A stretch of DNA of 64,000 nt, from positions 41,354,001 through 41,418,000 of the forward strand of contig OZ024751.1 of NCBI GenBank assembly GCA_964016885.1, given 5' to 3'. The notes beneath the pieces were generated by a model. It saw nothing but the letters and a program-made list of their open reading frames with translations. It made no database searches and had not been told where the DNA came from. Position numbers and translations under genes: made by a program. Positions 23,990-34,800 of this stretch are shown here, in pieces. The DNA is from Eledone cirrhosa. Lineage: Eukaryota. How positions within the stretch are numbered: the first letter of the stretch is position 1; each line of letters begins with the position of its first letter.

Positions 23990-25819
23990 ATGAAGACAAG
24001 AAATCTTGATCAGAAAAATGACCGGTCTACATATGTAGGACTCAGGAGTAGATCTAATCTGCCATATAAACAAAAACTTCAGCAGAAGAAAACTAAGGAC
24101 CAAACCAGTAATACCAACAATGCTACAATCTTTCCAACACCCCAGAGGAACAAAACTGTCTGTTCACCAGTTGTCCAGTTGACTAAGGACCAAACCAGTA
24201 ATACCAACAATGCTACAATCTTTCCAACACCCCAGAGGAACAAAACTGTCTGTTCACCAGTTGTCCAGTTGACTAAGGACCAAACCAGTAATACCAACAA
24301 TGCTACAATCTTTCCAACACCCCAGAGGAACAAAACGATCTGTTCACCAGTTGTCCAGTTGACTAAGGACCAAACCAGTAATACCAACAATGCTACAATC
24401 TTTCCAACACCCCAGAGGAACAAAACGATCTGTTCACCAGTTGTCCAGTTGACTAAGGACCAAACCAGTAATACCAACAATGCTACAATCTTTCCAACAC
24501 CCCAGAGGAACAAAACTGTCTGTTCACCAGTTGTCCAGTTGACTAAGGACCAAACCAGTAATACCAACAATGCTACAATCTTTCCAACACCCCAGAGGAA
24601 CAAAACGATCTGTTCACCAGTTGTCCAGTTGACTAAGGACCAAACCAGTAATACCAACAATGCTACAATCTTTCCAACACCCCAGAGGAACAAAACGATC
24701 TGTTCACCAGTTGTCCAGTTGACTAAGGACCAAACCAGTAATACCAACAATGCTACAATCTTTCCAACACCCCAGAGGAACAAAACGATCTGTTCACCAG
24801 TTGTCCAGTTGACTAAGGACCAAACCAGTAATACCAACAATGCTACAATCTTTCCAACACCCCAGAGGAACAAAACGATCTGTTCACCAGTTGTCCAGTT
24901 GACTAAGGACCAAACCAGTAATACCAATAATGATAGAATCTTTCGAAGACCCCAGAGGAACAAAACGATCTGTTCACCAGTTGTCCAGTTGACTAAGGAC
25001 CAAACCAGTAATACCAACAATGCTACAATCTTTCCAACACCCCAGAGGAACAAAACGATCTGTTCACCAGTTGTCCAGTTGACTAAGGACCAAACCAGTA
25101 ATACCAGCAATGCTACAATCTTTCCAACACCCCAGAGGAACAAAACGATCTGTTCACCAGTTGTCCAGTTGACTAAGGACCAAACCAGTAATACCAATAA
25201 TGATAGAATCTTTCGAAGACCCCAGAGGAACAAAACGATCTGTTCACCAGTTGTCCAGTTGACTAAGGACCAAACCAGTAATACCAACAATGCTACAATC
25301 TTTCCAACACCCCAGAGGAACAAAACGATCTGTTCACCAGTTGTCCAGTTGACTAAGGACCAAACCAGTAATACCAACAATGCTACAATCTTTCCAACAC
25401 CCCAGAGGAACAAAACGATCTGTTCACCAGTTGTCCAGTTGACTAAGGACCAAACCAGTAATACCAATAATGATAGAATCTTTCGAAGACCCCAGAGGAA
25501 CAAAACTGTCTGTTCACCAGTTGTCCAGTTGACTAAGGGCCAAACCAGTAATACCAATAATGATAGAATCTTTCGAAGACCCCAGAGGAACAAAACGATC
25601 TGTTCACCAGTTGTCCAGTTGACTAAGGGCCAAACCAGTAATACCAATAATGATAGAATCTTTCGAAGACCCCAGAGGAACAAAACGATCTGTTCACCAG
25701 TTGTCCAGTTGACTAAGGACCAAACCAGTAATACCAACAATGCTACAATCTTTCCAACACCCCAGAACCCAATTATGGTTTTGGATAAATATGGTGAAAC
25801 TCTTATTCAACATTCACAA
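23990..25819 (+). CDS. Unrecognised repeat protein, coding exon 1 (610 codons)
   Basis: ATG at 23990 with an in-frame TGA at 23969; CAA|gtaagt donor in phase 0. Confidence 0.6.
24092..25765 (+). repeat. 90-bp coding minisatellite, 18.6 copies (TKDQTSNTNNATIFPTPQRNKTICSPVVQL)
   Basis: Exact period 90 from 24092 to 25712. Confidence 0.97.
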
Positions 25820-26134
25820 GTAAGTTAAACATTTTAGCAGTTTTTTTTTCTCATTTAAATTTTTATTAATTTTTACGTAAAATTTTCCAGTTTTCCCCTT
25901 CTCCTCCTCACTTATTCCTGGGAGGGTCGCTGGAGGGCAGAGTCTTCAAACACACCTTCCAGCGAGTCCTGTCAGAAGCAAGCATCTCCTATTGATCCGA
26001 CTGGATCCCCAAGTAAGACCAACTGAGCTCATGGATGTTATTTGGAAGTGCAGAATTGGTAGAGGAGGCTAAATATCTTACAGTAAAAGTTGTGACATTT
26101 CAGTTATATTATACATCCAGCTACATATACTTTG

Positions 26135-26380
26135 TGGAGGGGCTAGGCCTAGTGGTAAGTGTGTTCGATTTATGATCCTAATGTGGTGGGTTCTATTCCT
26201 GTGTTGTGTATTGTGTTCTTGAGCAAAACACTTCATTTCACATTGCTCTAGTATATTCAGCTGAAAATGAGCAGGGGGTTTAAATTTATGATGGACTAGC
26301 GTCCTGTCCAGGGGAAAGTCTAGTACTCTCAGTTGCTTAACACTACGGAATCTGGGATAAGCATGATGAACCTCAGGGCT
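26135..26380 (+). mobile_element. Second tRNA-derived SINE family (Meta/V-domain-like body)
   Basis: GGCCTAGTGG A box, GGTTCTATTCC B box, TTGTGTTCTTGAGCAAAACACTT and GATGGACTAGCGTCCTGTCCAGGGG segments. Confidence 0.6.
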
Positions 26381-26394
26381 TGAGACTTTTTTAG

Positions 26395-27200
26395 ATATAC
26401 TTACTTGTGTTGTTATATTGTACATGGAACTATATATACTTACTTGTGTTGTTATATTGTACATCAAACTATATATACTTACATGTGTTGTTATATTGTA
26501 CATCGAACTATATATACTTACTTGTGTTGTTATATTGTACATGGAACTATATATACTTACTTGTGTTGTTATATTGTACATCGAACTATATATACTTACT
26601 TGTGTTGTTATATTGTACATCGAACTATATATACTTACATGTGTTGTTATATTGTACATCGAACTATATATACTTACTTGTGTTTTTATATTGTACATCG
26701 AACTATATATACTTACTTGTGTTGTTATATTGTACATCGAACTCTATATACTTACTTGTGTTTTTATATTGTACATCGAACTATATATACTTACATGTGT
26801 TGTTATATTGTACATCGAACTATATATACTTACTTGTGTTTTTATATTGTACATCGAACTATATATACTTACTTGTGTTGTTATATTGTACATCGAACTA
26901 TATATACTTACTTGTGTTGTTATATTGTACATCGAACTCTATATACTTACTTGTGTTTTTATATTGTACATCGAACTATATATACTTACATGTGTTGTTA
27001 TATTGTACATCGAACTATATATACTTACTTGTGTTTTTATATTGTACATCGAACTATATATACTTACTTGTGTTGTTATATTGTACATCGAACTATATAT
27101 ACTTACTTGTGTTGTTATATTGTACATCGAACTATATATACTTACTTGTGTTGTTATATTGTACATCGAACTATATATACTTACATGTGTTTTTATATAT
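26395..27200. repeat. 39-bp intronic minisatellite (about 20 copies)
   Basis: Unit TATATACTTACTTGTGTTGTTATATTGTACATCGAACTA. Confidence 0.95.
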
Positions 27201-27217
27201 ATTTTCTCTCTTTTAAG

Positions 27218-28801
27218 CTATCAAATTCTGATAATTCTGAAGAACTACATCCCCGAACAATTAATAATAATGGGAATGATACATTACCATCCAAGGTTGA
27301 TTCTAATGGAATAGCATCACCACAAGACTGTTTTGTTTCTCAGCAAACTAACAGTGAAAGTCCTACCAATCCTTCTGGTGCCAGATATAAAGTTGTTTCT
27401 GAATGGAAAACATATAAACCAAAATTGAAGATTATGAAGTTTAAAGAAGAACCTTTTGAAAATCCTTTAAATCTAAACAATGAAGGTTCGAATAATCTAG
27501 CAAATTGTGCAATTATAAAAAGAGAAAATACATATCCTGTCTCGAAATCTGGCCATGAAATTACACCTAATTTACAACCAATAAACTTGGTGCCTGATAC
27601 AATACAAATTCAGGAAATACCTGATATTAAACCATCTGTGGAGAATTTATTGAAGGCAAAAGAGAAATACCTGAGTCAGTTATCAAACACCAGATCACAC
27701 GGTGATCTTCTAGAAACCAGTGGAAATTCATTAGAACAGGATAGCCACTACACTAACAATGAACCAGTGGCAAGAAACTCTCTGGAGAGTCAGACAGCGG
27801 GAGGTCTTCTGAGAAGAAAGGCCCCTCTCACCAAAAACCATTTCTACCACAGTAACAACAGCTCAACAGATGTTACTTCTGACAGTAACAACAACTACGA
27901 CAGTCAGCTGCAACATGCAACAGATGTTACTTCTGACAGTAACAACTGCGACACTCAACTGCAACATGCAACAGATGTTACTTCTGACAGTAACAACAAC
28001 TGCGACACTCAACTGCAACATGCAACAGATGTTACTTCTGACAGTAACAACTGCGACACTCAACTGCAACATGCAACAGATGTTACTTCTGACAGTAACA
28101 ACAACTGCGACACTCAACTGCAACATGCAACAGATGTTACTTCTGACAGTAACAACTGCGACACTCAACTGCAACATGCAACAGATGTTACTTCAGACAG
28201 TAACAACAACTGCGACAGTCAACTGCAACACACAACAAATGTTACTTCTGACAGTAACAACAACTGCGACACTCAACTGCAACACACAGCAAATGTTACT
28301 TCTGACAGTAACAACAACTGCGACAGTCAACTGCAACACACAACAAATGTTACTTCTGACAGTAACAACAACTGCGACAGTCAACTGCAACACACAACAA
28401 ATGTTACTTCTGACAGTAACAACAACTGCGACAGTCGACTGCAACACACAACAGATGTTACTTCAGACAGTAACAACAACTGCGACAGTCAACTGCAACA
28501 TGCAACAGATGTTACTTCAGACAGTAACAACAACTGCGACAGTCAACTGCAACATGCAACAGATGTTACTTCAGACAGTAACAACAACTGCGACAGTCAA
28601 CTGCAACACACAACAAATGTTACTTCTGATAGTAACAACAACTGCAACACTCAACTGCAAGATTCCGATGATATTAAGTTGACTTTAATATCATTAAAGC
28701 AGGACAACAGAACAAAATCTGGAGAAGCTATTTCGTCAGTTTATCAATATACTGTCACTTCAGGTTCTAACAGTTCTTTAGATCAACAAGGGAAGCTTAC
28801 A
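27218..28801 (+). CDS. Unrecognised repeat protein, coding exon 2 (528 codons)
   Basis: ttttctctcttttaag|CTA acceptor and ACA|gtaagt donor, both phase 0; about 215 aa of unique sequence, then a Ser/Asn/Asp/Gln-rich repeat. Confidence 0.8.
27863..28660 (+). repeat. 54/51-bp coding minisatellite, 15 copies (ATDVTSDSNN(N)CDSQLQH)
   Basis: Length variants differ by exactly one AAC codon. Confidence 0.95.
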
Positions 28802-29190
28802 GTAAGTTTAAAACTACATTTTTAGTCTGTACAAAACATTGTTATCCTAATCATAAAAATGCAAATAACTAACAAAAAAAAAAAAAGAAAATGAGATTAC
28901 TGGATCTTAATTTCATGTCATGTTACAAATGTGTTGTATCCTTAGACAAATCTCTTCACCTGTAGAAAATTACTAATATCGACTAAGATAAAAGAAAAAT
29001 TATATAAAATCATTTAATTGAGAGTGAAGGTATTTTTACATTGAAGTTGAAATGTGGTATGATTGTGTTACGTAGCTGACTTCATATGGTAATGTAATTA
29101 TTCGCTATAAACCTTTTTTTTAATAAATTGTATTTGTTTATATACATTCTTCTGAAACAAATTATATTTTTCTATATATTTTCTTTGCAG

Positions 29191-30009
29191 ATATCTAAAT
29201 ATTCTTCAGCTTGCACTGCACTTCCAACATATGGGTCCATAGTTTCCATATCTAAACTCACTGCCATTCAACGTTTAAAGAGGAATAAACAAAAATACAT
29301 TACTGCTCTAATAAACAAATTGACACAGAAGTATCCAAAATGGAAAGAATTGCTTTGGAACATACCTTTCACAGATAAGCATTTGAATAAAGTGTTTGTC
29401 AATATACTGAATAAAGCAAGGAAATTTGAAAATAGCTTCTGTAAAACAAAGAAAAAACATTTTCTCCAAACAGTATTTAATTTAAAAGAACATTTGGTCA
29501 CACCCAATGAGAAACCTAAAAGGAAAGATGATGATGGTGAAGAAAGAACTTCAACCATTAAAATCAGAGCAGATAGTTGTAATAACATGAGAACTATTGT
29601 GGAAATGGATGATGAAGCAGAGAGTTCAGCCAACAACGATGACAAGGTAGTTAAAGGAATGACAGATAAGCCTTCTATTTCAAAATCTTCTGACTTAGCT
29701 ATTTCAACACCCGTCCAAATCCAAAACAGCGACACTGATGTAGAAATGCAAGATTGTTGTAGCACTGTAAGAAGTGATTGTGATCTCTCACAACATTTGC
29801 TGGATCTGAAAGCTAGATATTCATCAAATTTGGCCCAGTTGACAAAGAAAAACGAACTAATTGATGAATTAGAGAAGACATTGGAAGATTTAAATGATGA
29901 AGAGAAAAGATACACGACCAAAATTCAGAAATATCACTTCAAAATGACCAAGTTGGATACTTTTCTGTTGAACAAGACTACTCTCAAGACATATTGCAAT
30001 AAATCATAA
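29191..30009 (+). CDS. Unrecognised repeat protein, coding exon 3 (last; 272 aa plus stop) with predicted C-terminal coiled coil
   Basis: ttttctttgcag|ATA acceptor in phase 0; 819-nt non-repetitive ORF; heptad-like LAQLTKKNELIDELEKTLEDLNDEEKRY. Confidence 0.8.
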   Translation: MSKYSSACTALPTYGSIVSISKLTAIQRLKRNKQKYITALINKLTQKYPKWKELLWNIPFTDKHLNKVFVNILNKARKFENSFCKTKKKHFLQTVFNLKEHLVTPNEKPKRKDDDGEERTSTIKIRADSCNNMRTIVEMDDEAESSANNDDKVVKGMTDKPSISKSSDLAISTPVQIQNSDTDVEMQDCCSTVRSDCDLSQHLLDLKARYSSNLAQLTKKNELIDELEKTLEDLNDEEKRYTTKIQKYHFKMTKLDTFLLNKTTLKTYCNKS

Positions 30010-30209
30010 TAGAAATAATTCTTCTTCTTCGCCCAAATATTCCGGAGGGGGGGGGGGGGGGGATCCACAGACACTCCTTCCAGCGGGTCCTGTCAGAAGC
30101 CACAGTCTTGTACTGCCAGTTGCTTAACACCACGAAAACCAGGATAAGCATCAACCTGATGAGCCTCCACAAAATAGGCCAATTTTAAAATATATTTTCT
30201 CACTTAAGG

Positions 30210-30730
30210 ATAGTAGATTGGTAGAATTGATAGAGCGTCAGATAAAATGCCATTGTGTTATTTGTTCTGGCTCTTTATATTCTGTATTTAAACCCCGCCT
30301 TGGTCAACTTTCCCTTTCATCCTTCATCCAGGGTCGATGAAATAAAATACCAGTTAGTTACATACTGGAGTTAATTTAATTTGTTGCCTACGTATAACAA
30401 ATTGAATCAGTATATCTACCTTAGCTGGACTAAACCGGTTATTAACATCACAATTGCAGATGAATTCTTTAAGGGAAGTAACTCTTATATTAATTTTTAT
30501 GTGTTGTCTTTCTTTAAGAAGCGTCGTAGAAGACACATTATCACGCGCCACAATAATTTTTGAGCCAAACCAACTCGCGAGGCAGCGAATTGGCAGAGTC
30601 GTTCGAATGTCAGATAAAATGCTTTGCAGTATTCGTTCCGACTCTGAGTTCAAATCTCGCCGAGGTCAACTTTGCCTTTCATCCATTCCGGGTCGATAAA
30701 AAAGTACCAGTCTAATACTGGGATCAATTC
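30210..30730 (+). mobile_element. Two older tRNA-derived SINE copies (about 30210-30360 and 30580-30730)
   Basis: TTGGCAGAGTCG, GAGTTCAAATC and CCTTTCATCC..GGGTCGAT motifs. Confidence 0.75.
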
Positions 30731-31605
30731 TTCCTCTATATCTCTTTCCCACTTCCATTCTCTCACTTTCCATCCTTCTCTGGAAGAAATCTACTGTATT
30801 CAAACCTGGAGAGGAGATGGGCTCCACCAGGTTTAAAAGAAAATGTTAATACGGCGCTCCATCAGGTGTTACAGGACCATGCATGCAACACATTCGTAGC
30901 ATTTCTATCAGTGGTAGCGAGGCTAAGTCACTGGAATAACCAAGCAGCCTACAAGGAACGTTACCTGTTATGTTGGTAAGGCAAGCCGTAAACAATGACA
31001 TACCTGTGTTGAATCACCATGATTTAGTAAAAGAAATATTCAAAATATTCAAAAAATAAAGTTTGTTAATTCAAATGTTTATAGTGTTTATACTGGTGGA
31101 CAGATCATTATAAACATTTCTAGTATTAAAATAAAGACTTTACTTTTTAATGTGATTAAATTATTGTGTTCTTACTATTGTGGTTTCATGTGGTACAGGA
31201 CGTTAAGAGTTAAAATGTGTTATAAAACAGTTTGACATAAGGAAGAAGGACTTCTAAAGTTTATAACATTGTATGAAACAGATTTGTTATTCTTCATGAG
31301 TTTAAACAGAGCACCAAATTGGTAGCTGGTCTCACCCATTTGCAGTTGAAGTTACTATATGTAATCACAAATTCTATTCTAATAGTTTCTTCTCTCGTAC
31401 ATCTCGCTAATGGAATTCTCTTCCAGCTTCTTACTTTCCTGACCCACTACAATTTGAAGCAATATCAATCTCGATCTTTTCTCTGTTATAATTATGTTCT
31501 GTCTGTCTTATCCTTCTCTCTCCACAGTGTATATATATATATATATATATACGCACACACACATATATACACACGCACATACATACATATATATATATAT
31601 GTATA

Positions 31606-31803
31606 TAGGAAAAGAGTCAGGACCCCGACGGCTGAGCTCCGGCCATTTAGACAGCTAGATCCAAACAGATCTAGCTGTCGAAACGGCCAGAGCTCAGCCA
31701 CCAGGGTCCTGACTCTTTTCCTATTACCCACTCTACTATCTTAATTATCGAGTACTCTGGTACGTTATGGTGCACTTGGTTTCCTACCACACTTTCTTTG
31801 CTA
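31606..31803. mobile_element. (TA)n-flanked arm-loop-arm-tail element
   Basis: About 57-bp inverted arms around CAAACA, then an about 80-bp tail with CGAGTACTC; relatives at about 10100, 42850 and 54955. Confidence 0.75.
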
Positions 31804-31804
31804 T

Positions 31805-31835
<31 letters not shown>

Positions 31836-31879
31836 CACAAGCACACACATGACGTATTATTATGGTGGATTGGCAGTAT

Positions 31880-34800
31880 CAGTAGAGTGGTTATCACGTC
31901 AGATAGAATGGTAGAGTGGTTATAACGTCAGATAGAATGGTAGAGTGGTTATAACGTCAGATAGAATGGTAGAGTGGTTATCACGTCAGATAGAATGGTA
32001 GAGTGGTTATCACGTCAGATAGAATGGTAGAGTGGTTATCACGTCAGATAGAATGGTAGAGTGGTTATAACGTCAGATAGAATGGTAGAGTGGTTATCAC
32101 GTCAGATAGAATGGTAGAGTGGTTATAACGTCAGATAGAATGGTAGAGTGGTTATAACGTCAGATAGAATGGTAGAGTGGTTATAACGTCAGATAGAATG
32201 GTAGAGTGGTTATAACGTCAGATAGAATGGTAGAGTGGTTCAAACCTCATAGAATGGTAGAGTGGTTATCACGTCAGATAGAATGGTAGAGTGGTTATCA
32301 CGTCAGATAGAATGGTAGAGTGGTTATAACGTCAGATAGAATGGTAGAGTGGTTATAACGTCAGATAGAATGGTAGAGTGGTTATAACGTCAGATAGAAT
32401 GGTAGAGTGGTTCAAACCTCATAGAATGGTAGAGTGGTTATCACGTCAGATAGAATGGTAGAGTGGTTATCACGTCAGATAGAGTGGTTCAAACCTCAGA
32501 TGGAATGGTAGAGTGGTTCAAACCTCAGATAGAATGGTAGAGTGGTTCAAACCTCAGATAGAATGGTAGAGTGGTTCAAACCTCAGATAGAATGGCAGAG
32601 TTATTAGAACGTCAGATAGAATGGTAGAGTGGTTAGAACGTCTGATAGAGTGGTTCAAACCTCAGATAGAATGGTAGTCATTAGAACGTCAGATAGAATG
32701 GTAGAGTGGTTAGAACGTCTGATAGAGTGGTTCAAACCTCAGATAGAATGGCAGAGTCATTAGAACGTCAGATAGAATGGTAGAGTGGTTAGAACGTCTG
32801 AGAGAGTGGTTCAAACCTCAGATAGAATGGTAGAGTGGTTAGAACGTCTGAGAGAGTGGTTCAAACCTCAGATAGAATGGTAGAGTCATTAGAACGTCAG
32901 ATAGAATGGTAGAGTGGTTAGAACGTCTGAGAGAGTGGTTCAAACCTCAGATAGAATGGCAGAGTCATTAGAACGTCAGATAGAATGGTAGAGTGGTTAG
33001 AACGTCTGAGAGAGTGGTTCAAACCTCAGATAGAATGGTAGAGTCATTAGAACGTCAGATAGAATGGTAGAGTGGTTAGAACGTCTGAGAGAGTGGTTCA
33101 AACCTCAGATAGAATGGCAGAGTCATTAGAACGTCTGAGAGAGTGGTTCAAACCTCAGATAGAATGGTAGAGTGGTTAGAACGTCTGAGAGAGTGGTTCA
33201 AACCTCAGATAGAATGGTAGAGTCATTAGAACGTCAGATAGAATGGTAGAGTGGTTAGAACGTCTGAGAGAGTGGTTCAAACCTCAGATAGAATGGTAGA
33301 GTCATTAGAACGTCAGATTGAATGGTAGAGTGGTTAGAACGTCAGATAGAATGGTAGAGTGGTTAGAACGTCTGAGAGAGTGGTTCAAACCTCAGATAGA
33401 ATGGTAGAGTCATTAGAACGTCAGATTGAATGGTAGAGTGGTTAGAACGTCAGATAGAATGGTAGAGTGGTTAGAACGTCTGAGAGAGTGGTTCAAACCT
33501 CAGATAGAATGGTAGAGTCATTAGAACGTCAGATTGAATGGTAGAGTGGTTAGAACGTCAGATAGAATGGTAGAGTGGTTAGAACGTCTGAGAGAGTGGT
33601 TCAAACCTCAGATAGAATGGTAGAGTCATTAGAACGTCAGATTGAATGGTAGAGTGGTTAGAACGTCAGATAGAATGGTAGAGTGGTTAGAACGTCTGAG
33701 AGAGTGGTTCAAACCTCAGATAGAATGGTAGAGTCATTAGAACGTCAGATTGAATGGTAGAGTGGTTAGAACGTCAGATAGAATGGCAGAGTCATTAGAA
33801 CGTCAGATAGAATGGTAGAGTGGTTAGAACGTCTGAGAGAGTGGTTCAAACCTCAGATAGAATGGTAGAGTCATTAGAACGTCAGATAGAATGGTAGAGT
33901 GGTTAGAACGTCTGAGAGAGTGGTTCAAACCTCAGATAGAATGGTAGAGTCATTAGAACGTCAGATTGAATGGTAGAGTGGTTAGAACGTCAGATAGAAT
34001 GGCAGAGTCATTAGAACGTCAGATAGAATGGTAGAGTGGTTAGAACGTCTGAGAGAGTGGTTCAAACCTCAGATAGAATGGTAGAGTCATTAGAACGTCA
34101 GATTGAATGGCAGAGTCATTAGAACGTCAGATAGAATGGTAGAGTGGTTAGAACGTCTGAGAGAGTGGTTCAAACCTCAGATAGAATGGTAGAGTCATTA
34201 GAACGTCAGATAGAGTGGTTCAAACCTCAGATAGAATGGTAGAGTCATTAGAACGTCAGATTGAATGGTAGAGTGGTTAGAACGTCAGATAGAATGGTAG
34301 AGTGGTTAGAACGTCTGAGAGAGTGGTTCAAACCTCAGATAGAATGGTAGAGTCATTAGAACGTCAGATTGAATGGTAGAGTGGTTAGAACGTCTGAGAG
34401 AGTGGTTCAAACCTCAGATAGAATGGTAGAGTCATTAGAACGTCAGATAGAATGGTAGAGTGGTTAGAACGTCTGAGAGAGTGGTTCAAACCTCAGATAG
34501 AATGGTAGAGTCATTAGAACGTCAGATTGAATGGCAGAGTCATTAGAACGTCAGATAGAATGGTAGAGTGGTTAGAACGTCTGAGAGAGTGGTTCAAACC
34601 TCAGATAGAATGGTAGAGTCATTAGAACGTCAGATAGAATGGTAGAGTGGTTAGAACGTCTGAGAGAGTGGTTCAAACCTCAGATAGAATGGTAGAGTCA
34701 TTAGAACGTCAGATTGAATGGCAGAGTCATTAGAACGTCAGATAGAATGGTAGAGTGGTTAGAACGTCTGAGAGAGTGGTTCAAACCTCAGATAGAATGG

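Noticed and set aside
24079-25740. 553-aa hydrophobic antisense ORF resembling a membrane repeat protein
   Set aside because: Confined to the 90-bp array with no unique flanks, splice partners or true ATG; the plus frame has all the gene-structure support.
26405-27217. N-terminal 271 codons of the 806-aa ORF (CCYIVHRTIYTYL repeats)
   Set aside because: The 39-bp unit is open in all three plus frames; it lies upstream of a clear acceptor and is treated as intron.
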